From the NCBI GenBank assembly GCA_013239625.1, contig MU053652.1:3647902-3711901 (forward strand): 64,000 nucleotides of DNA, written 5' to 3'. Below, piece after piece: positions 13,941 through 26,590 of the stretch. Below the pieces are notes generated by a model. It had not been told where the DNA came from. It did no database searches and saw nothing but the letters and a program-made list of their open reading frames with translations. Source of the stretch: Lama guanicoe (lineage: Eukaryota). The position numbers and the translations under genes were made by a program. The stretch's first letter is position 1. The number at the start of each line of letters is the position of its first letter.

Positions 13941-14399
13941 TTTTTTATACAAACTGCAAAGGTAGGATACAGCTGTGTAATTTTGGATTAGATTCTTTGG
14001 GTTAACTGAAAGTTGAACAGAAGGAACCCTTTTCATTTGAATCTATATTAAAATCTTTTCAAAAATAGATTAATCCATTTTTCTACCCTTAGAAAATGTG
14101 GAATGGTAAGTGCAATTGGACCCTCAAGATCAAAGGCCAGAGGCAGTGATGCAGTCATCTTGATAGAAAAATAATAGTGTCTGCCACAGAGGCCATTGCA
14201 CCAGTTAAGTGAGACTGTGTACCTAGGGCCTAACACAGTGTCTGGTATGTAAGCATTCAGATGTTAGCTTAAGAAAATGTGGAATATGTATTGATTTGGA
14301 GCTACAGACACCAGGACATTTTCAAGATTGTTTTTTCCCCCTTTGGCTGTATTCTAGTTTTATGTGCTTATTTAAGAGTTTTTTTTAAATGATAAAATA

Positions 14400-15420
14400 T
14401 TTTGAGCACCATCACAAATAATGAAGAATAAGATAGTGATAGTAAAAAGAAGATCTGTTACCCAGTTTTGTCAGATCTTAACATTTTGCCTTATTTTATT
14501 CAAAAGTTTTATTTTTAAGAGAGAAATAAGACCCAAAGTTACATTTCCCTCTGTGAAATCCTCCCAGATTCTACTTCCCTCCCTTTATTCATGAAATAGA
14601 GGTAACTGCTTTTTTGAGTTACCTTTACAATAGTTTAACTTTCTTACATATGTACATATCCATAAATATGTAGCATTGTTTTGCATGTTTACGTAAATGA
14701 CATTATACATTTTAATTCAGTATTACTTTTGAGATTTGATGTTGATAGGAGTAGCTCTACTTCATTTGTAACTCATTTTTAACTCACTTGTAAAAGTTAC
14801 ATGCATGTACCATATTTTGCTTATCCATTTTGTTAATGTACATTCAGGTTATTTCCAATCTTTCACCATTATATGTAGTGCAGTAAAGAACATTTATGAA
14901 TGTCGTTGAGCACATATGTGTTTCTCTAGGGCAGTGTTTTTCAGGCTGTTTTGTTCATTGGACACAATAAGAAATGTATGTTTCAGTGAGACCCAGTATA
15001 TATATAAGTGCACATACATGTAATATATATGTGTACACATAATTATATATAATGTATAATATATGCATGTATATGTGCATAGCAGAAATTGTACTTTTAT
15101 AAAAATATTTTCTCTGAAAAAAATGTTTACCCATACACCCTTGAGATATCTCTATATATCACCTCATTTTCAAAAATGCTGATCAGGACCTACATTAGAC
15201 AGATAATGGCTCAGTATATGTAACCTGAAGCAGAATTGCCGGTCTTAACGGTGCACAGCTTTGCCAGAGATGAAAAATATTTACTTTTCAAAGTGGTTGT
15301 ACCAAACTTTACATTTCAGCAGTATCTGAGACTTCCTGTTTGTTCATATCCACACCAATAGTTGTCTAGCTTTCTAATGCTTGCCAATCTGATGGATGAG
15401 AAATGGTATCCCAGTGTGTT
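14400..15420 (-). mobile_element. old L1ME-type fragment interrupted by a hAT element
   Basis: ttatccatt...acattcaggttatttccaatc, caaagtggttgtacca and gccaatctgatggatgagaaatggtatc are antisense L1ME ORF2/3' motifs. Confidence 0.6.
14931..15195. mobile_element. hAT-Charlie MER119-like fragment
   Basis: ctctaggg|cagtgtttttca start, aataagaaatgtatgtttcagtgagacccagta, an AT/GT-rich spacer, then tttcaaaaatgctgatcaggacc. Confidence 0.5.
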
Positions 15421-15449
15421 TTCTAATCAAATATCTTGAGTACCTTTTC

Positions 15450-15890
15450 TCTGTCAGACCCTTTGCAAAGCAGGAAAGATGCTAGAAGCAAAACATAGCT
15501 TCTGTATTCTAGGAGAGAGAGTGAACTTTGTCAACCAATGAGTGGCAGAGGGACACAGAGGAAGGAGCAGTATGCAGTCTACTTGGAAACTGCTGTTGCA
15601 GGAAATGAAGCTTGACCTTGGTCTTGAAAGATGAGTAGCATTTTCAGACAGCACATAAGAGTTGAAGGACATTCCAGGAGGGAACTAGGCAAAGGCATAG
15701 AGCTGTAAAACCACATTATTCAAAGAACTTACTGAGTGTTAAACATTGTGCATAGAGTCCCAGGATTGGGAGACCAAGGGAGGGGCAGAGGAGAACCTGC
15801 AGACAGGTGGGCAGGCTGAAGGAGTTTAGTACTGCAAGCATCCAAAGTCACTGATGAAAGTTTTAAGCAGGGTAATAATAGGAGATTTTT
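15450..15890 (-). mobile_element. L2 fragment
   Basis: Purine-rich gaagcttgaccttggtcttgaaagatgagtag...ggacattccaggagggaac...gcaaaggcatagag...ttttaagcagg. Confidence 0.6.
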
Positions 15891-17069
15891 TTAAGTCTAG
15901 AAATGAATTTTGGTACTTTAAAGGTTAATCTAGTTTTTGTTTTAATTTCAGTTTCAATCTCATAGCTTGGCTCTTATTTGTTATTACACCTTTGAAACAG
16001 ATGGATAATAGAAATTAGTATTTTTCCTTTGAACTGGAGTTGGTCATTTGCTTTCCAAAATAGAAATAATTGTAGTTCAGCTCGAGATGCAGTTGCTATC
16101 ATCCATGCTTCTTGATTTTAAGTGGGACAGCAGATGATGTTCACAGTATTTTCTATTTTCAAATAGGTATAGGTTTGTACAGGGTTGGTAATTTTAAGAA
16201 TTTGTGGTTTTGGACAGTGTCTTTCATGAGGATATTTTCAGTCATGGTCTCTCTCGCTACATCCTATCAAAATTGAGTATAGTTGAAAGAACTTCCTTTA
16301 GAAAGCTTGAGAGCCTCTTGTTCGTCAACTCTGTGTGTGTGTGTATGTGTGTGTAGATGATTCGAGAGGTCTTTTTGGACTTCTTAGCACTTTGGGCATT
16401 CCTGAGCCTCCAGTCCTTTTTAACAGGAGCATTTGTTTTGCTTTAAGGCATGACAGTTGAGACCTGCCAGCACCTAATTTAAGTAGAAGCAATTTTAGAG
16501 ACCAGATTGGAGAGAGGTAAAGTATTCTGAAATCCTCAGTGCCTTAAAAGAATAAGTGTGAAACATATAGCACAGAACCGTCAACACTTACAATAAATCT
16601 CACACTTATGTTGGTTTTAAGGAGAGTATTCAGAGTTGTGTCCATTGAGACTCTGGGGCAACACTGTGTACTACATAGATGTTACTTTTAATTTAGGAAA
16701 ATCATGCAAGTAGGTTTTTTTATACTTTAGTTTTTAATTAAAAATGAACATTCACTATTTAATAACTGCAAGTTGATTTTTAATAGAACTTTTCTAAACT
16801 TTACAGTTCAAAGTTTTTGTTGTCTTTCCTATCTACTTGATACTGTAAAAAGTACCTGCTTCCCTCCATGATACCTCTGAAAGGCTTTTTATTTAGGACT
16901 TAATCCAGGGAGAGCTCCTCCAGTTGAGAGAACCATGCCTGAGATTAAAAGAACTAGACAGAAGTTTGTGTTGCCCAGTTATCCTGCCTGCGTTCTTTCC
17001 TCTCAGAAACCCTGCAGTGTTGATTCTGTCAGCTTCATCATCTCCTGTCACCCAGTCAGCCTCCAGCGA

Positions 17070-17092
17070 GCACACACACACACACACACACA
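17070..17092. repeat. (CA)n microsatellite, about 11 units
   Basis: gcacacacacacacacacacaca read directly. Confidence 0.95.
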
Positions 17093-18739
17093 GAGTTTAA
17101 CAGGAGGGGAAGGAGTGGGGATGCGAGGGTCTGTTCTCAGAGTGGGGGCTGGGACTGTTGTATTTACTGACTGCCTTTAGCAGATATAATGCATGTTAAC
17201 ACCTTGGCAGCTGAAGTAGGCTGGATCAGTTAGATGCAGGGTGACTGTTCAAAAATTAAACACAATGAAGCAGCATAATCTTGAATTTGTGGACAACATG
17301 TGAGACTGAGCAAATGAGACTTTCGCAGGTGTTTTGACCATTAGCTGTGAGCATGCTAGGAGTGTGTTAGGCAAGTGGACAGGATGTTCTTTGTGTGTAC
17401 TGTATAACCTTGAAGCCTTGCATCTATTTCCATTTCCCCAGGAATGAAATCTAAAACAGAAAAACTACTTCCCCCTAGCTTTCAAAACAAAAGTAAGGTT
17501 TATAAATCTGAACTAGACTGTTGTATAGTCCTGAAAAGGATGGCCCTGATCCTGGATTTGATTTTTGGTAAGGGTTTCTACTTGTTAATAATTCTGTTAG
17601 AACTTGAACGTAGATAAATGGTTAAAAAAAAAAAAAGAGGGTGGGGGAAAGCCCAGGACAGTAATCACTGTGCATATTCTTACCAAATGGCTGAGAAATT
17701 TAAACCAAATCTGTTAATGTCTATATAAGCTGAGCGTGTTGATTTCTGTGCTAGATAAAGCTAGTGCTGTATCTGAAGACTGTTTTCCTATTTTTCTTAG
17801 ATCTGCCTGAAACTGGATGTGTTTAATGGCTGAGGACTTCTATGTTAAGCCAGTTATAGTGCCCGTCAAAACTTTGTGTTTAGGATGTGAAAGTCCTGGA
17901 CTAAATAAATATGATTATCTGCCTATTGAAAAAAGCTGAAGTAATTTGAAGAAGAATGAACAGGTGCAGGAATATAAGCCATTTGAAAATGCACAGTGCA
18001 TCTGAGAAAGCCTTCTGAGAGTTGGAGGGCTTTATGGATTTCTTCTGTCTTGTCATTAGTAAGGAAACTTGGTGTGGAAGACACATTTCAGCTGGATAGA
18101 TTTAACAAGGCTGGTAAAGCACAAAGGAAGTTTTTCTTTATAGGTTGTCTTTGCATTTTCTTTGATCTGTTTCTATATCCTGAGCTAATGATTGAAAGAA
18201 AAATCTGTGGAACTCAGTATTTTTATGGTTTTTGAGATGGGGGTGGGGCTCAAGGTTGACTTGTGTGTTGGGGCTAGGGGGAGTTCTTTTAAAAGACAGG
18301 CAGACTGGGATTGTGAGCCACTTAGCCTGTTTGCTTCTGCTTTGGCCACAGGTGCAGGCAGGCTGTTTTACAAAGAGTTAAAGTTCTGCTTCTAAACAGA
18401 TGCCTTTCCAGTGTTTCTTCCTGGTGCTCTGAAAACCTTATGTGGGGGGGAAATAGTCTTGTTCTGTTTAAAGGTTAAGGGCGTTGCCTGCCTGAAAGCA
18501 GCAATAGTATTATTTAATATATATTTTAAAGATTGAGACAAGAGATGGAGAAAACTTCCTGACATTTAACAGAGTGAAGCCAAACCACCTTTTTTGGGGG
18601 GTGAGGTGGTTCTACTACTCCTTAAAGCTGTAAAGTTAATTTCATAGCCTCAGGGAAAGGTGTTGCTTCCCTTAAAGATCAGTTCTAATAAGGTTGGAAG
18701 TTGACTTGTCATTTGATCTATAACTTAAACTGGTAAGTT

Positions 18740-18960
18740 TTTGTGAGTATTTACTATGTGCCAGGCACTGTGCTTTTGGCATTTTAGATATCTTGCTTAA
18801 TCCTCAAAATAACCCCAAGAAGTAGGTGCTGTTGTCATTTATCCTGTTTTACAGATTAGAAACCTGAGCTTTAGCCCCAGTCTCAGGTCAGGTAAGTTGC
18901 AGAGCTGGATGATAAACTCAGGCCATCTGACTCTGAGCCACTGAATTTTACACAGTAATA
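18740..18960 (-). mobile_element. MIR
   Basis: gagtatttactatgtgccaggcactgtgct...ttaatcctca...ttttacagattagaaacctgag. Confidence 0.8.
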
Positions 18961-19469
18961 CTGTATTTTCCCCAGGCCAGTCCATATGGCAAGGAGCATG
19001 GTCTCATTTCCAGGAGGGAGCAGGCTCAGAGAAGAGAAGTAATTTACTGTCATAAGGCTGGTGTTGAAACAGAATTCGAACCTGGGTCAGTTTGAAGTGA
19101 AGGCTCATGTTCTTTCCACTGAGTTTATCGTATTACCTCTTAGAGTACATGACTGCAATATCTGATTTACTAAGATCTCTTTATTTTTTGTGTTGCCTGC
19201 CCTCAGTTTCTAGAGGGGGTTGTTTAAAAGTTCATTTGTGAGGTGGTGGTTTGGAACTCAGAATACATTGTCTGCTGACAATAAGCGTTGTACTTGGTTA
19301 TGTGTCTGAGGCCAGAGCCCCTTGGGACAATTGATACGCTTCCACCTGTGATACCAGCCTGGGTTCTAAGACCTGCCTTGAGTTGCAAGGCAGTAAGAGA
19401 AGCAGACATGTGGTCCTAGTTGTTTCCAGATTCCATTTGTCCCTTTACAGGTGTTATCTACCATAGCAT

Positions 19470-19730
19470 GGGTAACTATAAAGTGTGGGCTTGAGGCAGA
19501 GTATGGATCCTCAGAGGTCAGACCTGGTTCTGGTTGTGTCTGCACAAGTTACTGGTTCTCCCACCCACTCTCTACTAGGTTACCTGAGATGAGGCTCCTA
19601 ACCTTTCTCAGGCTGTTTCCTCATCTGTAAAATCGGTGAGTACCCTCATTGTAGGGCTTGAATGAGACAAACGGGCATTAGGTGCTCAGCATAGTATGTG
19701 GACATCAAAGGTGTTCATGAAGTGATGGCA
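19470..19730 (+). mobile_element. MIR
   Basis: tcagacctggttc...gtttcctcatctgtaaaatcgg...gtgctcagcatagt. Confidence 0.75.
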
Positions 19731-20125
19731 GTGGTGATGGAGATGGTCGTGATTTATTCTGCTTTGTGGTTCATCTCTTCTGTTACCAAAGGCTTTTTGT
19801 AGAGGTGAATGACTGTTTTGTAACATTCAGAATTGGATGTAAAGTTTGGGATTCCCTTTATTTTATAGTCATGCAAATCAGTAAATTGTCCTGAAATTTA
19901 AATACTATATTCTCGAATTATATGTTATAAATTTTTATATACTTTAAATTTTTTATTTTAATTGAAAATACATTGGTTGATGAATGGCTTTGATATTAAC
20001 AACTTTCATGAGCCTTTCAAGTTTTTGTTGCATTTAAACATAACGTACTTTTTGTTTCTCAAATTGGAAAAACTGAGATAGGAAGTAGGGATAGGCTTTG
20101 CCCAAAGGCTGTTAATTAACTAAAG

Positions 20126-20451
20126 CAGGCATGGGCCAAATAGTAAATATTTTAGGCTTTGTGGGCCATGCAGTCTTTTTGCAATGCTACTCAGCTCTGC
20201 TATTGTGGCACAGAAGCAGCAATCAGCAGTACTTTAATGGGTGGGCTTGGCATGGTACAGTAAAATTTTATTGAGAGTTGGGATATAGCTCATGTGGTAG
20301 AGTGCATACCCAGCATGCACGAGGTCCTGGGTTCAATCCCCAGTACCCCCTATTAAAAAAAATAATTAAATAAATAGACCTAATTACCTCCCCCAACCCC
20401 CCCAATTTTATTTGTAACAACACGTGATGAGCTGTAGTTTGTAGACTCCTG
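20126..20451. mobile_element. MER58A-like hAT-Charlie MITE, split by a SINE
   Basis: cagg...gggccaaatagtaaatattttaggctttgtgggcca...tactcagctctgc...gtagtttgtagactcctg. 8-bp TSD aactaaag (20118-20125) / gactaaag (20452-20459). Confidence 0.85.
20273..20403 (+). mobile_element. tRNA-derived SINE, Vic-1-like (camelid)
   Basis: A box tagctcatgtggtagag, B box ggttcaatcc, tail aaataaatagacctaattacctccccc. TSD AATTTTATT at 20264-20272 and 20404-20412. Confidence 0.9.
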
Positions 20452-20499
20452 GACTAAAGAAACATACTACCTCATTGTGAAGCCCTACCTTGGTCCTGC

Positions 20500-21477
20500 A
20501 TCTCTCTGTAGGTTGATGTGGATTTACCAAAGGTTGGTTTTCCCATGGGCTTCATCCTCAGTCTTCTTTTGACTTAACACTTCCTCTACCATAAAATGAT
20601 TCATGTATATACATCTTCAGTTGAATTGTTTCCCAAACTCCAGATTAGTATAGCTGTCTGACTTCCATCTTCTCTCCAGGAATATTCCAACAAGCCCCTA
20701 AACATGTCTGATACTGATTTTAGTACTGTATCCATCAAAATCAGGGTATAGTCTTTTTATGTGTGTTCACTCATCTGTTACCCAAGTGGGAAACCTGGAT
20801 GTCCCCTTAACTCCACCCGCATCTTGTTTATTCTGTACTCCCCTCTTCTGTCCATCTCTGCCACCGCTGCTTTATTCAGGTGCTGATCATCTACGTGGGC
20901 TGTTACAAATCATCTTACCACTTTAGGGCTCCCTCTAACCTCTGTCTCCTTCCAGTCCGCCTTTCATTTTGCTGCTAGAGTGATCCTGTTTTTAGTGTAT
21001 CTGATCATGCCACTTCCTGCATAAAACCCCCAGTTGTTCTTCAGTGCCTGTGGTTTAAAAGCCTAACCTTGCTATAAAAGTCATTTTGATAGAGAAGTAT
21101 TGCCTTCTTACCATGACAGTCCACGCTGCAGGATGCCAGCCTTTTCAGAGGACAGTCCTTAACTATTCTACATAATGCCTTTCTCTCCTTCTGGCTTACT
21201 TTGGTTTATTCTGGAGTATTCACTTCAGGCTTTGCATCTTCCTCAAAATCTTTCTTGAGCTCCCTGCCCTGACTCCATGTTTGCCTTGGATGCTTTTCCT
21301 GTCTTCTGCATGCTTTAATAGCACCCTTTGTTTTCCCCTCAGATGAGCAGTTACTGCTTTATAAGCAGCCTGTGCTTGTGGCTCCAGCACCCACCTCTTT
21401 TAAGCTGCTCCTTGGAGGATAGATCCTGAATCTTCTGTACCTTTGTCCCTAGCTCCTAGAACTGTACCTTGTTCATC
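20500..21477 (+). mobile_element. L2 (degenerate 3' part)
   Basis: Pyrimidine-rich tract with L2 motifs (aaactccagatt, ccatctctgccacc, gctgctagagtgatc, tctgatcatgccactt, ccttggagg...tgtccctagctcctagaac). Confidence 0.65.
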
Positions 21478-21488
21478 TGGGCTTAGAC

Positions 21489-21659
21489 TTTTTTTTTTTT
21501 TTTGATTCTAAAGTTTGCAGTATTCAAGTTTGCATTCTCAAGTTTGTAATACTCAATATTTTTTTTAAATTGAAGTATAGTCAATTACAATGTATGTGTC
21601 TCTGGTGTACAGCACAATATCCAAGTCATGCATATACATACATGTATTCATTTTCTTAT
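21489..21659 (-). mobile_element. very short L1 3' end (21567-21659) plus extra 55-bp segment and second poly(A), inside one TSD
   Basis: 21567-21659 aligns by eye to the 3' end of the L1 at 31942. TSD TGGGCTT[A/G]GAC at 21478-21488 and 21660-21670. Confidence 0.75.
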
Positions 21660-23599
21660 TGGGCTTGGACATTTTGAAGAATGGTAAGTATTCATTAATA
21701 AAAAATGTGAGGCCACATGTACAGTTTTCTTTCCTTTTGAGGGGTTCTTATTTCTTCTAAGAGGATTAAAAGCCTAAGGAGAGTGGCAGAAGAAAAAGAC
21801 CCTTGGGCTGGAGGCTGTGGTACAGAGAATGCTCAGTGGACAGGCCTGGGGCTTAGAACTGTCCCTTGTATGCTCTTCACGGGGGGCAGCTCACTCCCTA
21901 GGGCAGTGGTGCTTCAAGGAGTGTAAATGTCTGATGAATACCTACCACCCACTATCCCCACCCAGTTATCAGTGGGGCAGGGAATGTTAATATCCTGGGA
22001 TTCTTACACATGTGTATTTCTTTGAATTTCCAGTCATTTCTCCAGCCTGTCATTTTCTCCCTGCTTCTTACATTTCATAGTTCTTCATGTTGTGTCTTTT
22101 TACGTCTTACTTCCCTTCTGAGACAGGGGCTCTAGACACAGGTTCAAATGATGAAGATGTTAGCATCTCAGCTTACAACTGAATGCATTTGTATTTTGTA
22201 ATAGAAATACTGTTATCCATGAGGGTTAATAATCCACAGTGAAATAGTGTACTTTAGATACAAGTGAGTTAAATTGGCTTTTATTTATGAGAAATTACAT
22301 TCTGAGTTTTAAGAAATGATCTTAAGAACTTTTGAAACAGAAGTCTGTTAGCTAAAGACTTACAGAATCAGACCTGCTGTGGTGAAGTGAGTGTCATCCT
22401 TACCCTTTGCTGTACCCTCTCCTTTAGTACCCCGATTTCTTAGCTTTGCAGATAGTGACCTAGGAGCTCTGTAAAGGCAGCCTTTCTTGGGAAGATCCCT
22501 AGGTTGGCCCCTGGAAGGTGGGTTGGAAAATGGGAAGGAAGTGCACATTTGTATTTCTCTGGAGTTAAATCAAAAAGTTTCAGTTATTTGCTGTCATATT
22601 TAGAGTACACTTTGCTGGTTTTGAGATTGAGGCTATGCAGATAGCTGGAGCGTCTAAAGGAGAAACTTCTTTATTCTTAAGTGACTGCTTAGTAATCTAC
22701 ATAACAAATGAGCCATTTTGCTTCAGAGATGTGAAATAGGCATCTATAAATGAATAGTTTTTGAAACTAAAGTTGTTAAGACAAAGTTCATCTTTTCACA
22801 GTAGGGTTTCTTCAGAAAACCCTCTTTACTCTATTGAAATGCAGCTAGTTTGAACTAGAAAAGCATATTCCAATAATAGGCTCATGCAATTAGGCTTTAC
22901 TATAATGGTGTGAATGCTGGAATTTTTTGTGTATTATCATCATCAATTGGTGTTAGTCCCAGGGGAACCACATAATAGCCAGAAAACCTTGATTGAGAGA
23001 TGCAAACAAAGGTTTCTGTCTTATTCATAGGCTTGCTTTAGTTCTTGAAACTAAATAAATGTTAGGCTCTTAAATCTTACACATTTTTGGTAACCATCTG
23101 TCGATGGTAAGATTAAGAAATAGTGCTTCTGAACTATGGCATTATTTTGAATTAGAAGAAAATGTTGAGGGACTCTTCGTTTAGTGCCATATTCATGCTA
23201 GACCATGTGTAGAAATGACACAGCGGTGTGCTAGTGAACGCTGAACTACCACCCACGGGGGTATAAAGCCCTGATTTGTAGCATTTACTGATTTTTGAGG
23301 TATAAAAACTTCAGACTGCAGATACAAGGTCGCTGAACTTGAAGTTGGGAAGAGATGCATATTATCAGCTGGCTTCATTCACCACACTGCTGAATTCGCC
23401 TCAGCTGCTAAATGTTCAGAATTTTACAGGCTGTATTTTTCATACTTGTCTCATTCTTGACTTTACCTTTGTCCTTTGCTTTTTGAAAATTAGCCTTACA
23501 GATGTATAATTTGTATACAATAAAATTTGACAGTTTCAAGTGTAGAGAGTGATGAGTTTTGACAAATGTATACCCCACCACAATTTTGATACCATATTA

Positions 23600-24190
23600 C
23601 CCCTTCTACACATAGTTGCCAGATTAATTTTTACAAAATCTGCTTTGCATCCATCACCCACCTATGCATAAAATCACAACTGGCCATATACTATCCACAG
23701 GATAAAGTACAAAACTCCATGGCCTGGTGCTCACCCATCTTGCCTCTTGTCTGCTTCTCTGGCCTTATTTACTACTGCTTGGCTGCATGAATCTTATTCC
23801 AAAAAAAGAAAAAGAAAAAAACAAAAGCTGTTCAGCTGGTTCCTAGCACAGTTCCTGCATCTGTGCCTTTGCTCTTATCTGTACCCTACTTGTAATACTG
23901 CTGTCACCTCACATTGCTTCTTGTCTTGACTGTCTTGCCTTTCCTTAAAAGTCTTGCTCACATCCTGTTTTCTTCTTGTACAATCCAGTCTTTAGTGATT
24001 ACTCTCTCATCTGACCTATTGTACCACTTTTGGGCATTTAACTTGAAACTTGTATTGAAATTACAGGTGTTTTCTGGAGTAGTTTGGTTTTCCCCAGCAA
24101 AGTTGTAAACTGTGATAGTATAGAAAATGTTATACACCTCAATTTTTAGCATTTGGCTTTGCTTAAAAAAAGACTTAATAAATGGTTCTT
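23600..24190 (+). mobile_element. L2 fragment
   Basis: caggataaagtacaaaactcc, tgtgcctttgctc and a 3' end resembling cttaataaatgg. Confidence 0.5.
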
Positions 24191-24779
24191 GATGATAATA
24201 AACTTTTCAGTGACTCTACTCAGTCACAACCATCAGTGACACTGTTGGGGAGAATAGTGCTGTGCTGTATCATAGATCTCTTGGAGAATGAAAGTTTGGT
24301 TTGTTAAAGAATATAAATTTATAAATGGGCAGTGAAGTCTCTCAAAACCAGTGTTAGTCATTAAAATGCACATTGGAGCTTTTAACTGTGCCTTGAAAAT
24401 TCATCCAAAGGTGGCTAGCATCATGGACTTTGAACTCTTGGCAAGATTTAAACATTTAAAGTAGGTCCCAAAAGAAAATTCTTTGTTCCTTTCAACCAGC
24501 TCTATTTCACTTTTGAAGTGCTAGTAAGAAGTCAGTGGGGTGCATCTCATTGATTTCCTTCCTGTCCCAGGAAGCCATATTATGGTATTCTGAAAGAACT
24601 TTTGTGTCTTTTTCACAAAGTTCTATAGTAACTTTACTATAAGCCAATTGTTTTTCTTTTTGTTTCTTTTACTTACTCTATTAAAAAAAATTGCAGATAT
24701 GCTTGTTGGAATCTGACATTGAAAGATAACCTAATAAATGTTTAGAACAATTATAGATGCCTGTCTATTTCACAGCCTA

Positions 24780-25250
24780 TCTTAGAGGTTTCGTTTCTTC
24801 TGTCCTTTAAACAATGGGTTTATCAGGTTCCACAGTTGGTCCTCATCTCTTGGTAATTGGCATGTCTTTCTTCGGTGATTTCATCTATTATTGCCCAAAT
24901 ACTAGTGTCTCCAGATTTTACAAATGCCCTATCTCTTGAGTTCAGTCTTGGATGGCCAGATGCCTACTGGACATCTCCACTTGGTTGCCCTTCAGAGACC
25001 ACACATTCAGCGCATCCTCAGTGGGACATCGCCTACAAGTCTTACCTCTCTTCTTGCTGTTGCTCCCTTGCTGAACGATATTGCCAGCCCCAAATAACTT
25101 GAGCCTAACACCTTGGAATCATCCTTGGTGTGTCCCTTTTCCTTCACTTGTCAGTTACTGCCTTCCTTCAGTCACTCTTTTCCTTCACTATCAGTCAGAT
25201 CCACCTTGCATATTTTTCTTAAATCCTTTTCCTTCACTCTGAAGTCAGGC
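24780..25250 (+). mobile_element. L2 fragment
   Basis: tgcctactggacatctccacttggttgcc and ccttggaatcatccttg are L2 motifs. Confidence 0.65.
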
Positions 25251-26159
25251 TAACCTCATGCTTTGTTGGGAGGGGGCCTGCCCCACCCCCCAAGTATTTA
25301 ATTGGTGAATTAAGAGCAGGTCCACTTCCCTGGCCTTAGATTAACCAAGCTCATGAGTCTGACAGGTAAAATTGGAAAGCTAGTATATAATTTTCAGTGT
25401 GTACCAGTACGTTCTCTCCTAGACATAGCTAGGAGCCCATTCTATAACTAGGAGGTTATCTGAGAAGGAATCAGAACAAAAGCAGTGAAATGAGTCACAT
25501 GTTTAATGGCTTGTCACAAACAGATGATGCCACCATCTCATAATAGGGAGCTGCCTTGTGACCAGAAAACTCAGCTCTGAGCAAAGGTGGCTTCTTTCCT
25601 GCCCAGTTACTTCAGTGGTCCCTGCCAGTCTTTCTCTGTTATAATTCTTCTTCAGTGCTTGCAGGACAGACCCTTATTGTTGAATACCTTGTTTCTTTCC
25701 GTGTATGAATACATTCATTCTGGCTCTCCTTGAATATTGCTATGCGAGAAACCAAGCTTTCTCTTTCACATGGGTTGTGCACCTCTCTTAGTCATTATTT
25801 GTTGATCTTAAGTTTAACTTTGAGGGCTTTCTTATTTCTGGTGTTTGGAGAAACCTTCATTGCAGCTGCCATGTAAGAACAAAAGGCTAATCTCCTCTTG
25901 GATTCAGCTGGCATTTTTACGTCCTGAAAACACCCTCTTCCTTCCCCACCCTCGTTGGGTTGGAGCACCCTCTGAATGCCTCCTTAGCTCCCGTTGAGTA
26001 ACCCATAAAATAACACTCATATATTTCACTGTTTGGTGGTGGTTTCCCTGTTTCCCCATTGAACTTGAGCTGTCCTTCCGAGCTGTCTGAGGACAGGACC
26101 ACTCTTATGTCCAGATCCCGCTGTCTAGCACAGTACCTGGCATCTGTTTACATTGTTCA

Positions 26160-26590
26160 CTTAACCAGTGTTGAGCACCCACTGTATGCTAGACAAAGAA
26201 CAAGTCAGATATGTTTCCCTGCCCTCATTGGAGCCTGGATTTGTTGGCGGTGAGGGAGGATGTAAACAAAGTAGTGCTGTGGTAAGACCTACAAGGAAAC
26301 AGGCATTAGGCTGAAGTAGAGAATAGTTGGGGGTCTGTTGGGGTGTGTACCTGATTCAGGTGATGAGAAAGATTGCTGACAAGTGGCTTAAATTGTAAAG
26401 GATAAGAAGAAGCAAGCTATCTGTAGAATCAGGGAAGTCAGGGCTCACCAGAAGTAGCCATTGCAAAGGCCTTGAGGAGGGGGAGAGCTTGTATTTCAGG
26501 AAATGAGAGACCATTGTGGCCAGAAAGGCAGAGAGGAAGAATGTAGCATGACTGTACTGTCGGTCATACTGTGGGCTCGCTCGCATGAGT
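26160..26590 (-). mobile_element. L2 3' fragment
   Basis: ttgagcacccactgtatgctag, tccctgccctcattggagcct and tgcaaaggccttgagg. Confidence 0.65.

Noticed and set aside
20273..20350. tRNA-like A/B boxes suggesting a tRNA gene
   Set aside because: Followed by a SINE tail and flanked by a TSD; a second diverged copy at 3900-3980 shows it is a SINE.
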